A DNA stretch of 43,059 bases, taken from Acidobacteriota bacterium. Its GTDB lineage: Bacteria; Acidobacteriota; Thermoanaerobaculia; UBA5066; Gp7-AA6. Shown here in pieces: positions 27,254 through 35,967 of this stretch; position 1 is the first letter of the stretch, and each line of letters starts with the position of its first letter. A program made the position numbers and the translations under genes. Location of the stretch: assembly GCA_040004075.1 (NCBI GenBank), contig JBDUBP010000046.1:1-43059 (forward strand). The letters are read 5' to 3'. The notes under the pieces were generated by a model, which worked only from the letters and a program-made list of their open reading frames with translations, was not told the origin of the DNA and did no database searches.

Positions 27254-28093
27254 ATGCTCGCTGAAAACTCGTACGGGAAGTCCGGGATCCGGCTCGTCCA
27301 CCGGAGGCGCCGGGGGGACCGCCACGAGATCCGGGATCTGACGGTCGCGATCGCACTCGAAGGCGACTTCGAAGCCGCGCATGTCGGAGGCGACAACTCG
27401 GGCATTCTGCCGACCGACACGATGAAGAACACCGTCTACGCGATGGCGCGTACGCGCGGCATCGGCGCCGCAGAGACGTTCGCGCTCGCTCTCTCGGAGC
27501 ATTTCCTCGGAGCGAGCGCGGCCGCCTCCACGGCGCGGGTCTCTATCTCCGAACGTCCCTGGAGCCGCCTGCCGTCGGGCAGCGGGGAACATCCGAATGC
27601 GTTCGTCCTTTCGGGAGCCGAGCGACGGATCGTCCGCGTCGAACGGACCACGTCGGGCCCCGCCGTTCACGCCGGCCTGGAAGACCTGACGCTCTTGAAA
27701 TCCGCGAGCTCGGGGTTTTCCGGGTTCCTCCGCGACGCCTACACGACCCTTCGCGAAACGGAAGACCGGATCCTGGCCACCGCCGTCCGGGCGATCTGGT
27801 CCTACGCGCCGGGCGAGATCTCCTGGGAACCCGTCGCGCGCGCGATCCGTTCGACGCTCCTCGAAACCTTCGCGGACCACGTGAGCGCGTCGGTGCAGCA
27901 CACGCTTCACGCGATGGGACAAGGTGTGCTCGACGCCCATTCCGACGTCACGGAGATCCGGCTCTCGATGCCCAACAAGCACCATCTGCTCGTCGATCTG
28001 TCGCCGTTCGGGCTCGACAACCCCGGCGAGATCTTCGTGGCGACCGAAGAGCCGTTCGGATTGATCGAGGCGACGCTGCGAAGAGGGCGCTAG
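27254..28093 (+). CDS. factor-independent urate hydroxylase (uricase)
   Basis: 279 aa. MLAENSYGKSGIRLV...ILPTDTMKNTVYA...HNKHH are typical uricase tunnelling-fold motifs. Confidence 0.9.
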   Translation: MLAENSYGKSGIRLVHRRRRGDRHEIRDLTVAIALEGDFEAAHVGGDNSGILPTDTMKNTVYAMARTRGIGAAETFALALSEHFLGASAAASTARVSISERPWSRLPSGSGEHPNAFVLSGAERRIVRVERTTSGPAVHAGLEDLTLLKSASSGFSGFLRDAYTTLRETEDRILATAVRAIWSYAPGEISWEPVARAIRSTLLETFADHVSASVQHTLHAMGQGVLDAHSDVTEIRLSMPNKHHLLVDLSPFGLDNPGEIFVATEEPFGLIEATLRRGR

Positions 28094-28117
28094 GCTCCGG
28101 GCGCGCGCTTCGCGCGG

Positions 28118-28145
28118 GCGAAGGGCGAAGGGCGAAGGGCGATGG
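28118..28145. repeat. heptamer array GCGAAGG x3 plus GCGATGG
   Basis: Read directly. It is preceded by the CGCGCG-CTT-CGCGCG hairpin at 28105-28119 and lies between convergent stops. Confidence 0.85.
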
Positions 28146-28146
28146 C

Positions 28147-29595
28147 CTAGTCCTTCGATTCCCGATCGAGTTGACCGCGGAGTACCGCGGCCGTCTCGCT
28201 CCCTTTGGTCGCTCGGCTCCCGTATCCCGTTTCCCGGCCCCGTCGGGCCGCCGTCTTCCGGCCCGCGAGGATTTTCACGAAGGATCGGCTTCGCAGCTCT
28301 GCGAGGGTCAGCCCGCTCCTGTCGACGGCCTCCTGTTCGCTGATCGCGCCGCATGCCGACGCGCGCAGGAAGTAGCTCAGGAGACCCTGTCCGGTCGCCG
28401 CGTCGTCGAAGACGTCCGCGACGAGAGTGGCCTGCCCCGCCTTTGCGACGAAGTTCGTGAGACGCGCGGACGCGGCGTCGAGCCCCTCGAGGAAGAACGC
28501 ATACAGGGCCGCGTAGCGGGTGGGCAGCTGCGCCGGGTGAAGGTCCCAGCCCTGGTAGAAGGCGTTCGCGAGAGAGTGCCGGACGTGGTCGTAGTGAAGC
28601 TTCCACGCGGAGTGGACCGCGGAGCGATTCTGAGCGATCTCCCGCCCGGTCAAGGTCCGGTCTTCGCCGCGGTGGGGAGGGACGGGCAGGACGTTTGTCG
28701 CCCCGTCGGAGAGCCACACGCCGGTGCCTGCCAGCGCCACCTGCATGGCATGCCGCGCGAAATCGCACGCAGGATGAAGCATGTGCTGATTGGCGGCGGT
28801 GATGTTCAGGGATGCCGTGTAGTCGTACGTTCCGAAATGCGCCGCGAGGCAGCGGCCGCCCGCCGCGGACACCAGGCCTCCAATCGAGATCTCTCCCTCT
28901 GGCCCGACGATCGACTGCGGCGTTTCGACCATGATCTCGAGCGCCAGCGCGCGTGCGGGCAGAGACAGCCCCCGCTCCAGCGCCTCGAAGAGCTCGGCAA
29001 GCGCCCCGACCTGCTCGGGCGCCGTGACCTTGGGAAGCGTCACGACAAAATTGTCCGGGAGCCCGCCGGCGTCTCGCACCATTTGTGTCACGAAGAGATC
29101 GAGTGTGCGGAAGGATCTCGCCCGGAGCTCCTCGGTGAACGGCTTGATGCGAATGCCGATGGAGGAAGGGAGCGTGCGGGCGGCCATTCCGGTCGCGACC
29201 TCGCGGGCGGCCGAGACCGCGTGGCCGTCTTCCTCGGCGTCGGATCTGTTGCCGTAGCCGTCCTCGAAGTCGATCCGGTAATCCTCGACCGGCTCGGTCC
29301 GCAGCCGATCGACGATCCGCCTCGAGATGACGGGCGCCAGCGACTCAGGGAGCTCGAGGACGCTCTTGAGCAGGTCGGACGAGGGAGCGTATTCCTGGAG
29401 GGCGCGCAACGCCGCGGCGCCGAGCTTCGGCGCCGTGTCGGAGCGGAACAGGTGGGCGCCCCCGTAGAAGGTGTGAACCGGTTGCCGCCGCGTCGTTTCT
29501 CCGGGATACCGTCCGGCGGTGGCGCTGTTCGCCTTCCGCAGACGCTCGGCGAGCGCTCGCGTCAGCTCCGCGGGCAGAGTCGTCGCCTCACTCAC
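28147..29595 (-). CDS. HpcH/HpaI-CitE-like (aldolase / citrate-lyase beta fold) protein of unknown function, DUF6986-like
   Basis: 482 aa from GTG at 29595, with a GTGA overlap on the upstream stop. IDFEDGYG, EIMVETPQS and FGTYDYTASL resemble the DxED, E and D metal and substrate motifs of the CitE/HpcH family. Family assignment is from memory. Confidence 0.65.
   Translation of the reverse strand: MSEATTLPAELTRALAERLRKANSATAGRYPGETTRRQPVHTFYGGAHLFRSDTAPKLGAAALRALQEYAPSSDLLKSVLELPESLAPVISRRIVDRLRTEPVEDYRIDFEDGYGNRSDAEEDGHAVSAAREVATGMAARTLPSSIGIRIKPFTEELRARSFRTLDLFVTQMVRDAGGLPDNFVVTLPKVTAPEQVGALAELFEALERGLSLPARALALEIMVETPQSIVGPEGEISIGGLVSAAGGRCLAAHFGTYDYTASLNITAANQHMLHPACDFARHAMQVALAGTGVWLSDGATNVLPVPPHRGEDRTLTGREIAQNRSAVHSAWKLHYDHVRHSLANAFYQGWDLHPAQLPTRYAALYAFFLEGLDAASARLTNFVAKAGQATLVADVFDDAATGQGLLSYFLRASACGAISEQEAVDRSGLTLAELRSRSFVKILAGRKTAARRGRETGYGSRATKGSETAAVLRGQLDRESKD
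28171..28220. repeat. 50-nt conserved element, copy 2 (inside the 3' end of the minus-strand CDS)
   Basis: Matches 14812..14861 at 48 of 50 positions. Also preceded by CGATTCCCGATCG, as in copy 1. Confidence 0.85.
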
Positions 29596-30413
29596 GCCGT
29601 CTCTCTCCAGAACTGCGCGAGAAGATTCCCCGCGACGCGGTGCCGGTAGGCGGCGGTCGACCGGAGGTCGTCGATGGGGTGGATCTCCCGAGCGAGCACG
29701 CGGCGCGCCTCCTCGATCGACCCGGATTCCGCGAGAGACGCCTCGGTGAGAGGCAGCCGGAGAACCGTGGGCGCGACGGACCCGAGGGCGAGCCGCGGCC
29801 GGGGAGAGCGGATGCCGGCCATGACCACCTTCGAGATCGCCTGGGCGGCGCGAGTGCCGACCTTGCGGAACCACTGCCGGCCCTCGACGGAAGGGATCTC
29901 GATCGCGACGATCAGCTCGTCGATCCGGCGCACCGACTTTCGGTATCCCGTGTAAAACCTGGTAAAAGGCACCCTCCGGCTCCCGGCGGCGCTTTCGAGG
30001 ACGACGACGGCATCCGCCGCCGCCAGCACGGGAAGGGTGTCGCCGGCGGGAGAGGCGTTCGCGACGTTTCCCCCGAGCGTTCCGCGGTTCTGAATCTGCA
30101 CGCCGCCGATCTCACGCGCGGCCGACGCGAGGATCGGAAGGCGTTCGGCCACGAGCGGCGATCTCACGATGTCGGTGTAGGTGGCGAGCGCCCCGATCGA
30201 GAGAACGTCTCCCTGCCGGCCGATCTCCCGTAGCGGGCGCAGCCGGGAGAGATCCAGAAACCGCGTCTCGCGGACGGTCCCGAAGTTGAGGCCCACGTAG
30301 AGGTCGGTTCCTCCGGCGAGCGGGGTGATGCCTGGCGCGTCCCGCAGCATCGAGAGGGCTTCCTGCAGAGATCGGGGCTCGAGGAGCGACAGGGAAGAGA
30401 AGGCAGTTCGCAT
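29592..30413 (-). CDS. molybdenum hydroxylase FAD-binding subunit (xanthine dehydrogenase family)
   Basis: 273 aa. PLAGGTDLYVGLN...IQNRGTLGGNVANASPAGD and a C-terminal CO-dehydrogenase flavoprotein domain (DDLRSTAAYR). Confidence 0.85.
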   Translation of the reverse strand: MRTAFSSLSLLEPRSLQEALSMLRDAPGITPLAGGTDLYVGLNFGTVRETRFLDLSRLRPLREIGRQGDVLSIGALATYTDIVRSPLVAERLPILASAAREIGGVQIQNRGTLGGNVANASPAGDTLPVLAAADAVVVLESAAGSRRVPFTRFYTGYRKSVRRIDELIVAIEIPSVEGRQWFRKVGTRAAQAISKVVMAGIRSPRPRLALGSVAPTVLRLPLTEASLAESGSIEEARRVLAREIHPIDDLRSTAAYRHRVAGNLLAQFWRETA

Positions 30414-30420
30414 GAGGCTC

Positions 30421-30867
30421 TCAGTCCGCCGCGCCGCGCGGGATCGCCGCCGCGCGAAGAGACCGGTAGATCCCCTCGTACCCGGTGCAACGGCATATGT
30501 TTCCCGCGAGGCCGCGGCGAATGTCCTGGAGGCCGGCGCCCTTCGGAAGCGCGACGGCCGCGAGGATCATTCCGGGCGTGCAGATGCCGCACTGGGCGCC
30601 GCCTTCGCGGATGAACGCCGACTGGAGCGCTTCGGCGCCCGCGAGGCCCTCGATCGTCGTGACGGCGCAGCCGCGGACCTGGGCGAACGGCACGAGGCAC
30701 GAGTTGACGGCCTCTCCGTCGATCAGGACGGTGCAGGCCCCGCACTCGCCCTCGCCGCAGCCCTCCTTCGTCCCGGTCAGCGCGCAGTCTTCGCGGAGCA
30801 CGTCGAGAAGCCGCTTCATCGGATGCGGCGTCAGGTCGGTATCGCGCCCGTTCAGGGAGAAACGCAG
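30421..30867 (-). CDS. molybdenum hydroxylase (2Fe-2S)-binding subunit
   Basis: Contains GTKEGCGEGECGACTV and GAQCGICTPG...NICRCTGY. There is no ATG, GTG or TTG near the conserved N-terminus, so the start is placed at CTG 30867, 4 nt after GGAGG. Confidence 0.8.
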   Translation of the reverse strand: MRFSLNGRDTDLTPHPMKRLLDVLREDCALTGTKEGCGEGECGACTVLIDGEAVNSCLVPFAQVRGCAVTTIEGLAGAEALQSAFIREGGAQCGICTPGMILAAVALPKGAGLQDIRRGLAGNICRCTGYEGIYRSLRAAAIPRGAAD

Positions 30868-32960
30868 GAGGCCTCCATCACCCGCTCGGGCGTCGCCGGG
30901 ATCTGGCGCAGGTCGACGCCCATGTGCCGGATCGCGTTCACGATGGCCGGCGCCGGGCCGTCGATCGGCATCTCGCCGATTCCCTTGGCCCCGTGAGGCC
31001 CGTGCGGATACGCGCTTTCGAGGATCACCACGTCGATGGGGGGCGTGTCGAGCGTCGTCGGGACCACGTAGTTGGTCATCTGCGCGTTCGCCATCGCGCC
31101 GTCGCGGAACACCACCTCCTCGAGAATCGCGTAGCCGATTCCCTGAGCGGTGCCGCCCTCGATCTGCCCGGCGGCGAGGGTGGGATGAATCGCCTTTCCG
31201 ATCTCGCACACGGCCGTGAGACGGATGGGCCGGATCTCGAAGGTGTCGGGATCGCGTTCTACCTCGGCGACGTTGCAGCCCCAGCCGTAGGCGCCGTACG
31301 CGTCGCCGCGGTAGGTCTCGTCGCTCCATTCGAGCTCCGCCGGCTTCTCGTACTCGCGTGTGACCACCAGGGGGCCGTGGAGCTCGAGGTAGCGCGCGGG
31401 CGAGAGAGGCCCGAGGCGCGCCTTCATCTCGAGGGCGCAGTTCTCCAGGATCTTTCCGACCACCATGCACGTGCGGGACGCCACCGTCGGGCCGCTGTCG
31501 GGCACGCACGCGGTGTCCGCCTCCGACACCTCGACGTTCTCGTATGGAATGCCCAGCGCGTCGGCGACGATCTGCGCGTGGATGGTGCGCGTCCCCTGTC
31601 CGATCTCCGTCGACCCGACGAGGATCCTCGCCCCGGTCGGAGTGAGCGCGAGGGAGGCGCGGGAGGCGAGGCGGACCTCGCCGCCGCCCGTGAAGCCGGA
31701 CCCGTGAAAGAAGAGCGAGAGCCCGATGCCCGCGTTCGTCCCCGACAGGGCCCGCCGGCGCGCTTCGAACCCCGTGCGCGCCACGGCCTCGCGCAGCACT
31801 TCGGCCGCGCTGCAGTCCCCCCCGAGGATCTGGCCCGTGGCGGTCGTGTCGCCCGGCCGGAAGAGGTTCAATTCCCGAAGTCGAACGGGATCCATCTCGA
31901 GCGCCTCCGCGATCCGTTCCATGTGCACCTCGGCGGCGAACAGGGTCTGGGGCGCTCCGAAGCCGCGGAAGGCGCCGTTCGGGGGCGTGTTCGTCATCGT
32001 CACCCGGCCGTGCACCCGGAGGTCGTCGCACCGGTACGGCCCCGTCGCATGGAGGACGCCGCGCGAGAGGACCACCGGTGACAGGGTCAGGTACGCGCCG
32101 CCGTCCATCAGGACGTCGATGTCCATCGCGACGATCCGGCCGCCCGCGGTGACTCCCGTCCTGTGCCGGACGATCGATGGATGGCGCTTGGTGGTGGCGA
32201 GCATGTCTTCGACCCGGTCGTACACCATCTTCACGGGACGGCCCGCCTTGAGCGCCAGGATCGCAGCGTGGCCCGCGAGCATGGACGGATACTCCTCCTT
32301 GCCGCCGAAACCGCCGCCTGTCTCCGTCTGCACCACCCGCACCTTCTCTGGCGGGAGTCCGAGAAGCACGACCAAAGCCTTGTGGACGTAGTAGGGGCAC
32401 TGGAGGGACCCGTAGACGGTGATGCCTCCGTTCTCGGGGAGCGCAATGACGCCGTTGCACTCGATGTAGAGCTGCTCCTGGTGACCGGTCCGATATTCGC
32501 CTTCGACGATGCGATCCGCACGGGAAAACCCCCGGCCGAGGTCGCCCTTCTCGATACGAATCTCCTTGAAGATCCGCGGGGAGTCCGCCGGATCGTAGAC
32601 GGGCGTCTCCGGGTCGTAGTCGATCGACACCCGTGCGCCGACGAGCGCCTCGCGGTCCTCGTGCGCGAGGAGAAGGATCGGCTCGGCGACGTGGCGAACG
32701 CGCCCGTCGGCCAGGCACGGCTGATCGTCTTCGATGAGCGCGATGACGTTCTTTCCGGGGACATCGCGGGCGCCGGCCACGACCCAGCCGGCCGGATCGA
32801 ACTCGAGCCGAATGGACAGGATCCGGCCGGAGGGGATCGTCGATCGGATCGTCGTCCCGTGCAGCATGCCGGGAAACGAAAGGTCGTCGACGTACTTCGC
32901 CGCGCCGGTGACTTTTCCCTGGCCCTCTTTTCGGAGGACGTTCCGGCCGACGGCGGGCAT
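30852..32960 (-). CDS. molybdenum hydroxylase molybdopterin-binding large subunit (xanthine dehydrogenase family)
   Basis: 702 aa from ATG at 32960. Contains KVTGAAKYVDD, GGGFGGKE, FRGFGAPQ and EIGQGT motifs. Confidence 0.9.
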   Translation of the reverse strand: MPAVGRNVLRKEGQGKVTGAAKYVDDLSFPGMLHGTTIRSTIPSGRILSIRLEFDPAGWVVAGARDVPGKNVIALIEDDQPCLADGRVRHVAEPILLLAHEDREALVGARVSIDYDPETPVYDPADSPRIFKEIRIEKGDLGRGFSRADRIVEGEYRTGHQEQLYIECNGVIALPENGGITVYGSLQCPYYVHKALVVLLGLPPEKVRVVQTETGGGFGGKEEYPSMLAGHAAILALKAGRPVKMVYDRVEDMLATTKRHPSIVRHRTGVTAGGRIVAMDIDVLMDGGAYLTLSPVVLSRGVLHATGPYRCDDLRVHGRVTMTNTPPNGAFRGFGAPQTLFAAEVHMERIAEALEMDPVRLRELNLFRPGDTTATGQILGGDCSAAEVLREAVARTGFEARRRALSGTNAGIGLSLFFHGSGFTGGGEVRLASRASLALTPTGARILVGSTEIGQGTRTIHAQIVADALGIPYENVEVSEADTACVPDSGPTVASRTCMVVGKILENCALEMKARLGPLSPARYLELHGPLVVTREYEKPAELEWSDETYRGDAYGAYGWGCNVAEVERDPDTFEIRPIRLTAVCEIGKAIHPTLAAGQIEGGTAQGIGYAILEEVVFRDGAMANAQMTNYVVPTTLDTPPIDVVILESAYPHGPHGAKGIGEMPIDGPAPAIVNAIRHMGVDLRQIPATPERVMEASCVSP

Positions 32961-32980
32961 GGAAGGGGCGCGCTTCCCGG

Positions 32981-34315
32981 TCAGCGCGCGCCGGCCGCCG
33001 CGAGCGAGTCGTGGAGGATCGCGAGCGCCTCCGAGACGTCGGGAGCGGTGACGTTCAAGGCGGGCGAGATCCGGAAGGTGTTGCCGTAGAGTCCGCCCTT
33101 TCCGACCAGGAGACCGCGTTCCCGCGCCGCTTCGAACACCCGGTTCGTCATCGCGGGATCGGGCGTCCGATCGCGGGCCACCTCGTCGACGACCATCTCC
33201 ATCGCCTGCATCAAACCCATCCCGCGGACGTCGCCGACCGAGTGCGGGAATCGCGCCTTCAGCTCCTCGAGCCCGCCGCGCAGCAGGGCTCCCATGCGGC
33301 TTGCGTTGCCGACGAGGTCTTCCTCTTCGATGATCTGGATCGTCGCGTTGGCCGCCGCCGTCGAGACGGGATTGCCTCCGAACGTGGAGATCGTGAGCGA
33401 CTTCAGGGCGGCCGCGATCTCGGGCGTCGCGATCGTCATGCCGAGAGGCAGCCCGTTCGCGATGCCTTTCGCCGCCGTCATGATGTCCGGCTGGACTCCC
33501 CAGTGCTCGATGCCCCACATCGTGCCGCCCGTCCGTCCGAAACCCGTCTGCACTTCGTCGCAGATGAAGACGCCGCCGAACTTCCGGATGATCGAGACGG
33601 CGATCTCGAAGTACTCCGGCGGGGGCGTGATGAACCCTCCGACGCCCTGGATCGGCTCGGCGATGAACGCCGCGATGCGCCCCGTGGTCGTCGTGCGGAT
33701 GAGCTCGTCGATGTCCTGGGCGCAGGCAATCCCGCAGCTCGGATAGGTCAGATGCAGCGGGCAGCGATAGCAGTACGGAGACACGGCGTGTTTCACGCCG
33801 GGCACCATCGACGGAAGCGGACGCCAGGTCGAATGCCCGGTCAGAGACTGCGCGAGCGTGGAACGGCCGGAGTATCCGTGGCGGAGCGCGATGATCTCGG
33901 TCGAGCCGGTCGCGAGCTCCGCCATCATCACCGCCGTTTCGTCGGCCTCGGTGCCGGAGGCGGTGAAACACGTCTGTTTCAGGTTGCCGGGACTGATTCG
34001 CGCGAGGCGCTCGGCGAGCTCGACGACCGGGAGCGAGGGATAGAGGCTCGAGACGTGCGAGAGCCGGTCGATCTGGGCGCGGACGGCGGCGTTGACGCGG
34101 TCATTCGCGTGGCCGACGGAGACCGTGAGGATCCCGCCGAAGAAGTCGAGATACTCGTTTCCGTCGGCGTCCCGGATGCGGAGGCCCTTCCCCTCGGTCA
34201 GGACGATTGGATCCTTGTAATACTGAATGGTTGCCGGGAAGAGGAATTCCCGATGCTTCTCCCGGACGGTGCGGGTCAGCTCGGATGTGGGCGCGGCCGT
34301 CTTCGTGGTGCTCAT
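32981..34315 (-). CDS. class-III (omega) aminotransferase, probable beta-alanine/aminoisobutyrate aminotransferase
   Basis: 444 aa. Contains DFFGGILTVSVGH, FIAEPIQGVGG, CDEVQTGFGRTG and MTAAKGIANG (PLP lysine). Substrate is inferred from the pyrimidine-catabolic context. Confidence 0.85.
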   Translation of the reverse strand: MSTTKTAAPTSELTRTVREKHREFLFPATIQYYKDPIVLTEGKGLRIRDADGNEYLDFFGGILTVSVGHANDRVNAAVRAQIDRLSHVSSLYPSLPVVELAERLARISPGNLKQTCFTASGTEADETAVMMAELATGSTEIIALRHGYSGRSTLAQSLTGHSTWRPLPSMVPGVKHAVSPYCYRCPLHLTYPSCGIACAQDIDELIRTTTTGRIAAFIAEPIQGVGGFITPPPEYFEIAVSIIRKFGGVFICDEVQTGFGRTGGTMWGIEHWGVQPDIMTAAKGIANGLPLGMTIATPEIAAALKSLTISTFGGNPVSTAAANATIQIIEEEDLVGNASRMGALLRGGLEELKARFPHSVGDVRGMGLMQAMEMVVDEVARDRTPDPAMTNRVFEAARERGLLVGKGGLYGNTFRISPALNVTAPDVSEALAILHDSLAAAGAR

Positions 34316-34587
34316 CGAGCCTCCTCTTTCGACTGGGTGCCTGTCCTCGTAATCTCCTGCTGCGCGGAGGCGTGTCTCTCGCTGCGAGCCGAATGCTCGG
34401 TCGGACTTTGAGCAGGGGACTTCGGCAGTCCCCTGGACGCCTGGGGCTTGTGCGGCGTAGCTTGGCTATCCCTCCGCGCCGCCGGGGGTTCGGGGGACCG
34501 CAAGGTCCCACGCCAAAAACCAGCCCTGTGCTCCGGCTCTCGCTTCGGCCTCCCCGCGCTCGCGACGGACATTACTCGGACATGCTC
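34316..34587 (-). promoter_or_regulatory. 272-nt GC-rich structured spacer / leader upstream of the aminotransferase
   Basis: No credible ORF. Perfect hairpins at 34413-34435 (9-bp stem CAGGGGACT/AGTCCCCTG), 34494-34509 (GGGACC-GCAA-GGTCCC) and 34385-34399 (CGAGC-CGAAT-GCTCG). Ends with the AGAGGAGG SD. Confidence 0.35.
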
Positions 34588-35967
34588 CTACGACCTGGGA
34601 TCGCGTTTCAGAAATGAGCCGGCGCCGGCCTTCCCGACGAACCGGCCGCGGTCGATCACGAGCCGTCCGCGCGAGAGCACGGTCTCCGCCGCGCCCGTGA
34701 TCTCGCGTCCCTCATACGGGTTGTAGTCGACCTTCATGTGGAGCGTCTTCGCGGACAGCGTCACCTTCTTCTCCGGGTCGAAGACCACGATGTCGGCGTC
34801 CGAGCCGGGAGCGATCGTGCCCTTGCGGGGGAAGAGGCCGAAGATCTTCGCGGGCGAGGTGGACGTCAGCTCGACGAACCGGTTGATCGAGATCCGTCCC
34901 GCTCGGACGCCGCCGTCCCACACGAGGCTCATTCGGGTCTCGATTCCGGGAGCGCCGTTGGGGATCTTCGAGAAGTCGTCCTTCCCGAGCTCCTTCTGTC
35001 CTTGCATGCAGAACGGGCAGTGGTCCGTGGAAATCGTCTGGAGGTCGTTGCCGGCGAGCCCGCGCCAGAGCTTCTCCTCGTTGCCGGCGGCGCGGAGCGG
35101 AGGGCTCATGACGTACTTCGCTCCGTCGAAGCCGGGCTCCTCGTAGTTCGCGTAGGAGAGAAAAAGATACTGGGGGCACGTCTCCGCGTACGCCGGGATT
35201 CCCCGGTCCCGCGCCTCGGTGACCTGCTCGAGCGCTTCCGCGGCGGAGAGGTGGACGATGTAGATGGGTACGTCCGCCATTTCCGCCAGGGCGATGGCGC
35301 GGTGCGTGGCCTCGGCTTCCGCGCGCGCGGGACGGGTCAGCGCGTGGTACTTCGGGGCACGGTGCCCCTCGGCAAGCGCCCTCTGGACGAGCACGTCGAT
35401 GACGCCTCCGTTCTCCGCGTGCATGCAGATCGTGCCGCCGTTCTCCCGGGTGCGAAGCAGCGCCCGGAAGATCGAGGCGTCGTCGAGCATGAAGACGCCC
35501 GGGTAGGCCATGAAGAGCTTGAACGATGTGATCCCTTCGCCGACCAGGGCGTCCATCTCCCCCTCGATCTTGTCGTCGAGCTCGGTGACGATCATGTGGA
35601 AGCCGTAGTCGATGGCGGCCTTGCCCTCCGCCTTCTTCATCCATGTGTCCCGCGCGTGGTGGAGGGTCTGACCCCGGTACTGGATCGCGAAATCCACCAC
35701 GGACGTCGTCCCGCCATGAGCCGCCGCCACGGTGCCCGACTCGAAATCGTCCGCTGAGGTCGTCCCGCCGAACGGCATGTCGAGATGGGTGTGCACGTCG
35801 ATCCCGCCCGGCAGAACGTATTTTCCGGACGCGTCGATCGTGAGATCCGCCGGCCTCGTCAGGGCCGAGCCGATCGCGGAGACCTTCTCTCCCTCGATCC
35901 AGACGTCGCCGCGATAGAGGTCCGTCGCCGTCGCGATCGTGCCGTTGCGGATGAGAGTCGTCGTCAT
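34588..35967 (-). CDS. dihydropyrimidinase (D-hydantoinase)
   Basis: 459 aa. GGIDVHTHLDMPFGGTTSADDFESGT and a cyclic amidohydrolase pattern throughout. Confidence 0.9.
   Translation of the reverse strand: MTTTLIRNGTIATATDLYRGDVWIEGEKVSAIGSALTRPADLTIDASGKYVLPGGIDVHTHLDMPFGGTTSADDFESGTVAAAHGGTTSVVDFAIQYRGQTLHHARDTWMKKAEGKAAIDYGFHMIVTELDDKIEGEMDALVGEGITSFKLFMAYPGVFMLDDASIFRALLRTRENGGTICMHAENGGVIDVLVQRALAEGHRAPKYHALTRPARAEAEATHRAIALAEMADVPIYIVHLSAAEALEQVTEARDRGIPAYAETCPQYLFLSYANYEEPGFDGAKYVMSPPLRAAGNEEKLWRGLAGNDLQTISTDHCPFCMQGQKELGKDDFSKIPNGAPGIETRMSLVWDGGVRAGRISINRFVELTSTSPAKIFGLFPRKGTIAPGSDADIVVFDPEKKVTLSAKTLHMKVDYNPYEGREITGAAETVLSRGRLVIDRGRFVGKAGAGSFLKRDPRS

Noticed and set aside
32961-33971. 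Upstream extension of the 1039-aa track ORF that contains the Mo subunit
   Set aside because: It overlaps the aminotransferase out of frame with junk composition. The conserved N-terminus MPAVGRNVLRKEGQGKVTG starts at 32960.
34478-34512. tRNA or tmRNA T-arm-like GGGGGTTCGGGGG
   Set aside because: No GGTTCGAATCC-type T-loop with a pairing stem, no acceptor or anticodon arms, and no CCA-proximal structure nearby.
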